This document shows, piece by piece, positions 22,416 to 24,000 of a DNA stretch of 24,000 bases. Source of the stretch: an archaeon (GTDB lineage Archaea > Nanobdellota > Nanobdellia > Woesearchaeales > GW2011-AR9); contig JABHSG010000004.1 in NCBI GenBank assembly GCA_018697095.1, positions 366,452 to 390,451 on the forward strand. The letters run 5' to 3'. Each line of letters starts with the position of its first letter. Position 1 is the stretch's first letter. The notes under the pieces are model-generated. The model was not told where the DNA came from and made no database searches. It was given only the letters and a program-made list of their open reading frames with translations. The position numbers and the translations under genes are program-made.

Positions 22416-23789
22416 ATGGCTAAAACTGCTAAAGCAAAGAAAACTCCAGTTAAAGATACTGTAAAAGTTAAAAAAACAGCCAAAAAAAAGACCACTAAAT
22501 CAAAAACTAAATCAGATTCCACTGTTTCCAAACCAAAAGCAACAACAAATAGTGAAAAACAAAGCAAAACAGATTCTATTCAACCAGAAATTAACATAGC
22601 TCTTGTAGGGCACGTTGATCATGGAAAAACAACCTTAACAGAACGTCTTTCTGGAAAATGGACAGACACACATTCTGAAGAACTAAAAAAAGGTATCACA
22701 ATCAGGCTTGGTTATGCAGATTTTTCTATCTACTACGATGAAGAAAATGATTTTTATACAACTAAACAAAAATCAATCAAGTCCAACAAGAAAACTAAAT
22801 TTCTTCGAAAAATTTCTTTAGTTGACGCACCAGGCCACGAATCTCTAATGGCAACTATGCTTTCAGGCGCAGCAATTGTTGATGGTGCAATTTTAATGGT
22901 TGCAGCAAACGAGCGATGCCCTCAACCACAAACTCGTGAACATTTAATGGCACTGCAAATTTCAGGAATCAAAAACATAATAGTTATTCAAAACAAAATT
23001 GATTTAGTTCCAAAAGAAACTGCACTTAAATCATACAATCAAATTAAAGAATTCTTAAGTGAAACTGAATTCAAAGATGCTCCAATAATTCCTATTTCAG
23101 CTCGTGCAAATATCAACATTGATACCCTTTTAAAAGTTACACAAACTGCATTTCCAACGCCTATTAGAGATGAAAAAGCAACAGCACTTATGCTTACTGC
23201 ACGTTCTTTTGATATTAATAAACCTGGTTCAAAACCAGAAAAAATAGTTGGAGGAGTACTTGGTGGAACAGTTAAACAAGGCTCTTTTAAAATTGGAGAC
23301 GAAATTCAAATTGTACCAGGATATATGGTACAAGAGAAAAATCAGCGTGTGTGGAAACCAATTACTACAACTATTACAAAGATTTTTACTGGCGGATCTC
23401 CAGTAGATCATATTGGCCCAGGAGGCTCCATGGCTTTTGGAACTAGTCTTGATCCAAGTATTGTCAAATCAGATTCTCTTTCAGGTTCTTTAGTTGGAAA
23501 ACCAGGAACCCTTCCAAAAGTTCATTATCAAATTAAAATCGATACTAATCTTCTTAAAAGAGTATTAGGAACAAAACAAGAAACAGAAGTTAAACCTCTT
23601 GCAAGAAAAGAAATGCTTTTGTTAAACATCCAATCACAAACAACTGTGGGAATTGTAATAGATCCAAGTAAAAAAAATACTACTATTGATTTAAAACTGC
23701 CAATTGCAGCAAATCCAGGTGATAGAATCACAATCTCAAGAAAAATCGGAGATAGATTCAGACTAATTGGCTTTGGAATTCTCAAATAA
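22416..23789 (+). CDS. eif2g: Translation initiation factor aIF2 gamma subunit, with ~55-aa Lys-rich N-terminal extension and a Cys-less 'zinc knuckle' segment
   Basis: QPEINIALVGHVDHGKTTL (G1), DAPGHE (G3), QNKIDL (G4), ISA (G5), and domains II/III through ...RLIGFGILK. Confidence 0.95.
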   Translation: MAKTAKAKKTPVKDTVKVKKTAKKKTTKSKTKSDSTVSKPKATTNSEKQSKTDSIQPEINIALVGHVDHGKTTLTERLSGKWTDTHSEELKKGITIRLGYADFSIYYDEENDFYTTKQKSIKSNKKTKFLRKISLVDAPGHESLMATMLSGAAIVDGAILMVAANERCPQPQTREHLMALQISGIKNIIVIQNKIDLVPKETALKSYNQIKEFLSETEFKDAPIIPISARANINIDTLLKVTQTAFPTPIRDEKATALMLTARSFDINKPGSKPEKIVGGVLGGTVKQGSFKIGDEIQIVPGYMVQEKNQRVWKPITTTITKIFTGGSPVDHIGPGGSMAFGTSLDPSIVKSDSLSGSLVGKPGTLPKVHYQIKIDTNLLKRVLGTKQETEVKPLARKEMLLLNIQSQTTVGIVIDPSKKNTTIDLKLPIAANPGDRITISRKIGDRFRLIGFGILK

Positions 23790-23820
23790 TAAATATCCCA
23801 ATCAATTAAATTTTATAAAA

Positions 23821-24000
23821 TTAATTATCTTCTGAATCATATCTAGAAGATGATAACCAAGAAACACCGCCTGCATTAGTCACTTTTTCATCGCCATCAC
23901 CTTCAACCATTACACCTAAATCCCTTCTAGAGTTGGCCTCCATTCCATTTCTAATCGCTTCACTAAGTTCCCTTGCACCTGGTAAACTAAAAAACTCACG
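23821..24000 (-). CDS. C-terminal 59 codons of an unidentified protein (gene continues beyond the window)
   Basis: My own translation of the minus strand, in frame from 24000: REFFSLPGARELSEAIRNGMEANSRRDLGVMVEGDGDEKVTNAGGVSWLSSSRYDSEDN*. Stop at 23821-23823. Not in the track because there is no start in the window. I do not recognise the family. Confidence 0.4.
   Translation of the reverse strand, partial: REFFSLPGARELSEAIRNGMEANSRRDLGVMVEGDGDEKVTNAGGVSWLSSSRYDSEDN

Noticed and set aside
17719-23785. Antisense or alternate-frame track ORFs 17432..17614, 17719..18006, 19538..19741, 19710..19910, 20574..20768, 21430..21786, 21924..22109, 22370..22567, 23229..23411 and 23528..23785
   Set aside because: Each lies within or opposite a confidently identified conserved gene and has F/L/I/K-rich low-complexity sequence. 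I treat them as spurious.
1-24000. CRISPR arrays, rRNA genes, transposase/IS elements, known defence-system signatures
   Set aside because: I saw no regularly spaced direct repeats, no rRNA-like conserved blocks, no DDE or HUH transposase motifs, and no recognisable defence domains in any translated ORF.

Overview
Low-GC archaeal chromosomal segment, most consistent with a small-genome DPANN-type archaeon. Support: archaeal aIF2-gamma, Rpo7/E', Spt4, S24e, S27ae and S17e; a tRNA with a bulge-helix-bulge-type intron; TTTATAAA-type TATA boxes 22-27 nt upstream of start codons. Layout: (i) 1-5.7 kb, cell-envelope block: a partial beta-helix surface protein (not in the ORF track), a YkgJ-type Cys-cluster protein, a type IV pilin-like protein with an A24 prepilin peptidase, and two tandem coiled-coil proteins with polyproline-basic tails. 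(ii) 5.8-9.3 kb: an untracked 58-aa histone-fold-like ORF, a HIT hydrolase, a frameshifted PP2C-like phosphatase gene, an intron-containing tRNA(CAU) followed by a free-standing LAGLIDADG endonuclease, and a membrane protein. (iii) 9.3-15.6 kb, accessory-looking segment: tRNA-Ser(GGA), a decayed tyrosine-recombinase gene, two orphan ORFs, a TrmB-family regulator and a 994-aa repeat-rich anchored surface protein, closed by a palindrome-rich 436-bp spacer with an A15-G-A17 tract. (iv) 15.6-24 kb, core block: SPFH protein, a DHH phosphoesterase / membrane protein / double-HTH operon, rpo7-spt4-S24e-S27ae, family-4 UDG, S17e, Dus and aIF2-gamma. I see no recognisable defence system, CRISPR array or rRNA. 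The three observations I rate highest are: coordinated loss of zinc-ligand cysteines in three unrelated zinc-binding proteins (Spt4, S27ae, aIF2-gamma); the tRNA-Ser-linked integrase remnant whose reading frame runs through the tRNA; and the orphan/regulator/adhesin cargo beside it. All functional calls come from motif recognition by eye; no searches were run.
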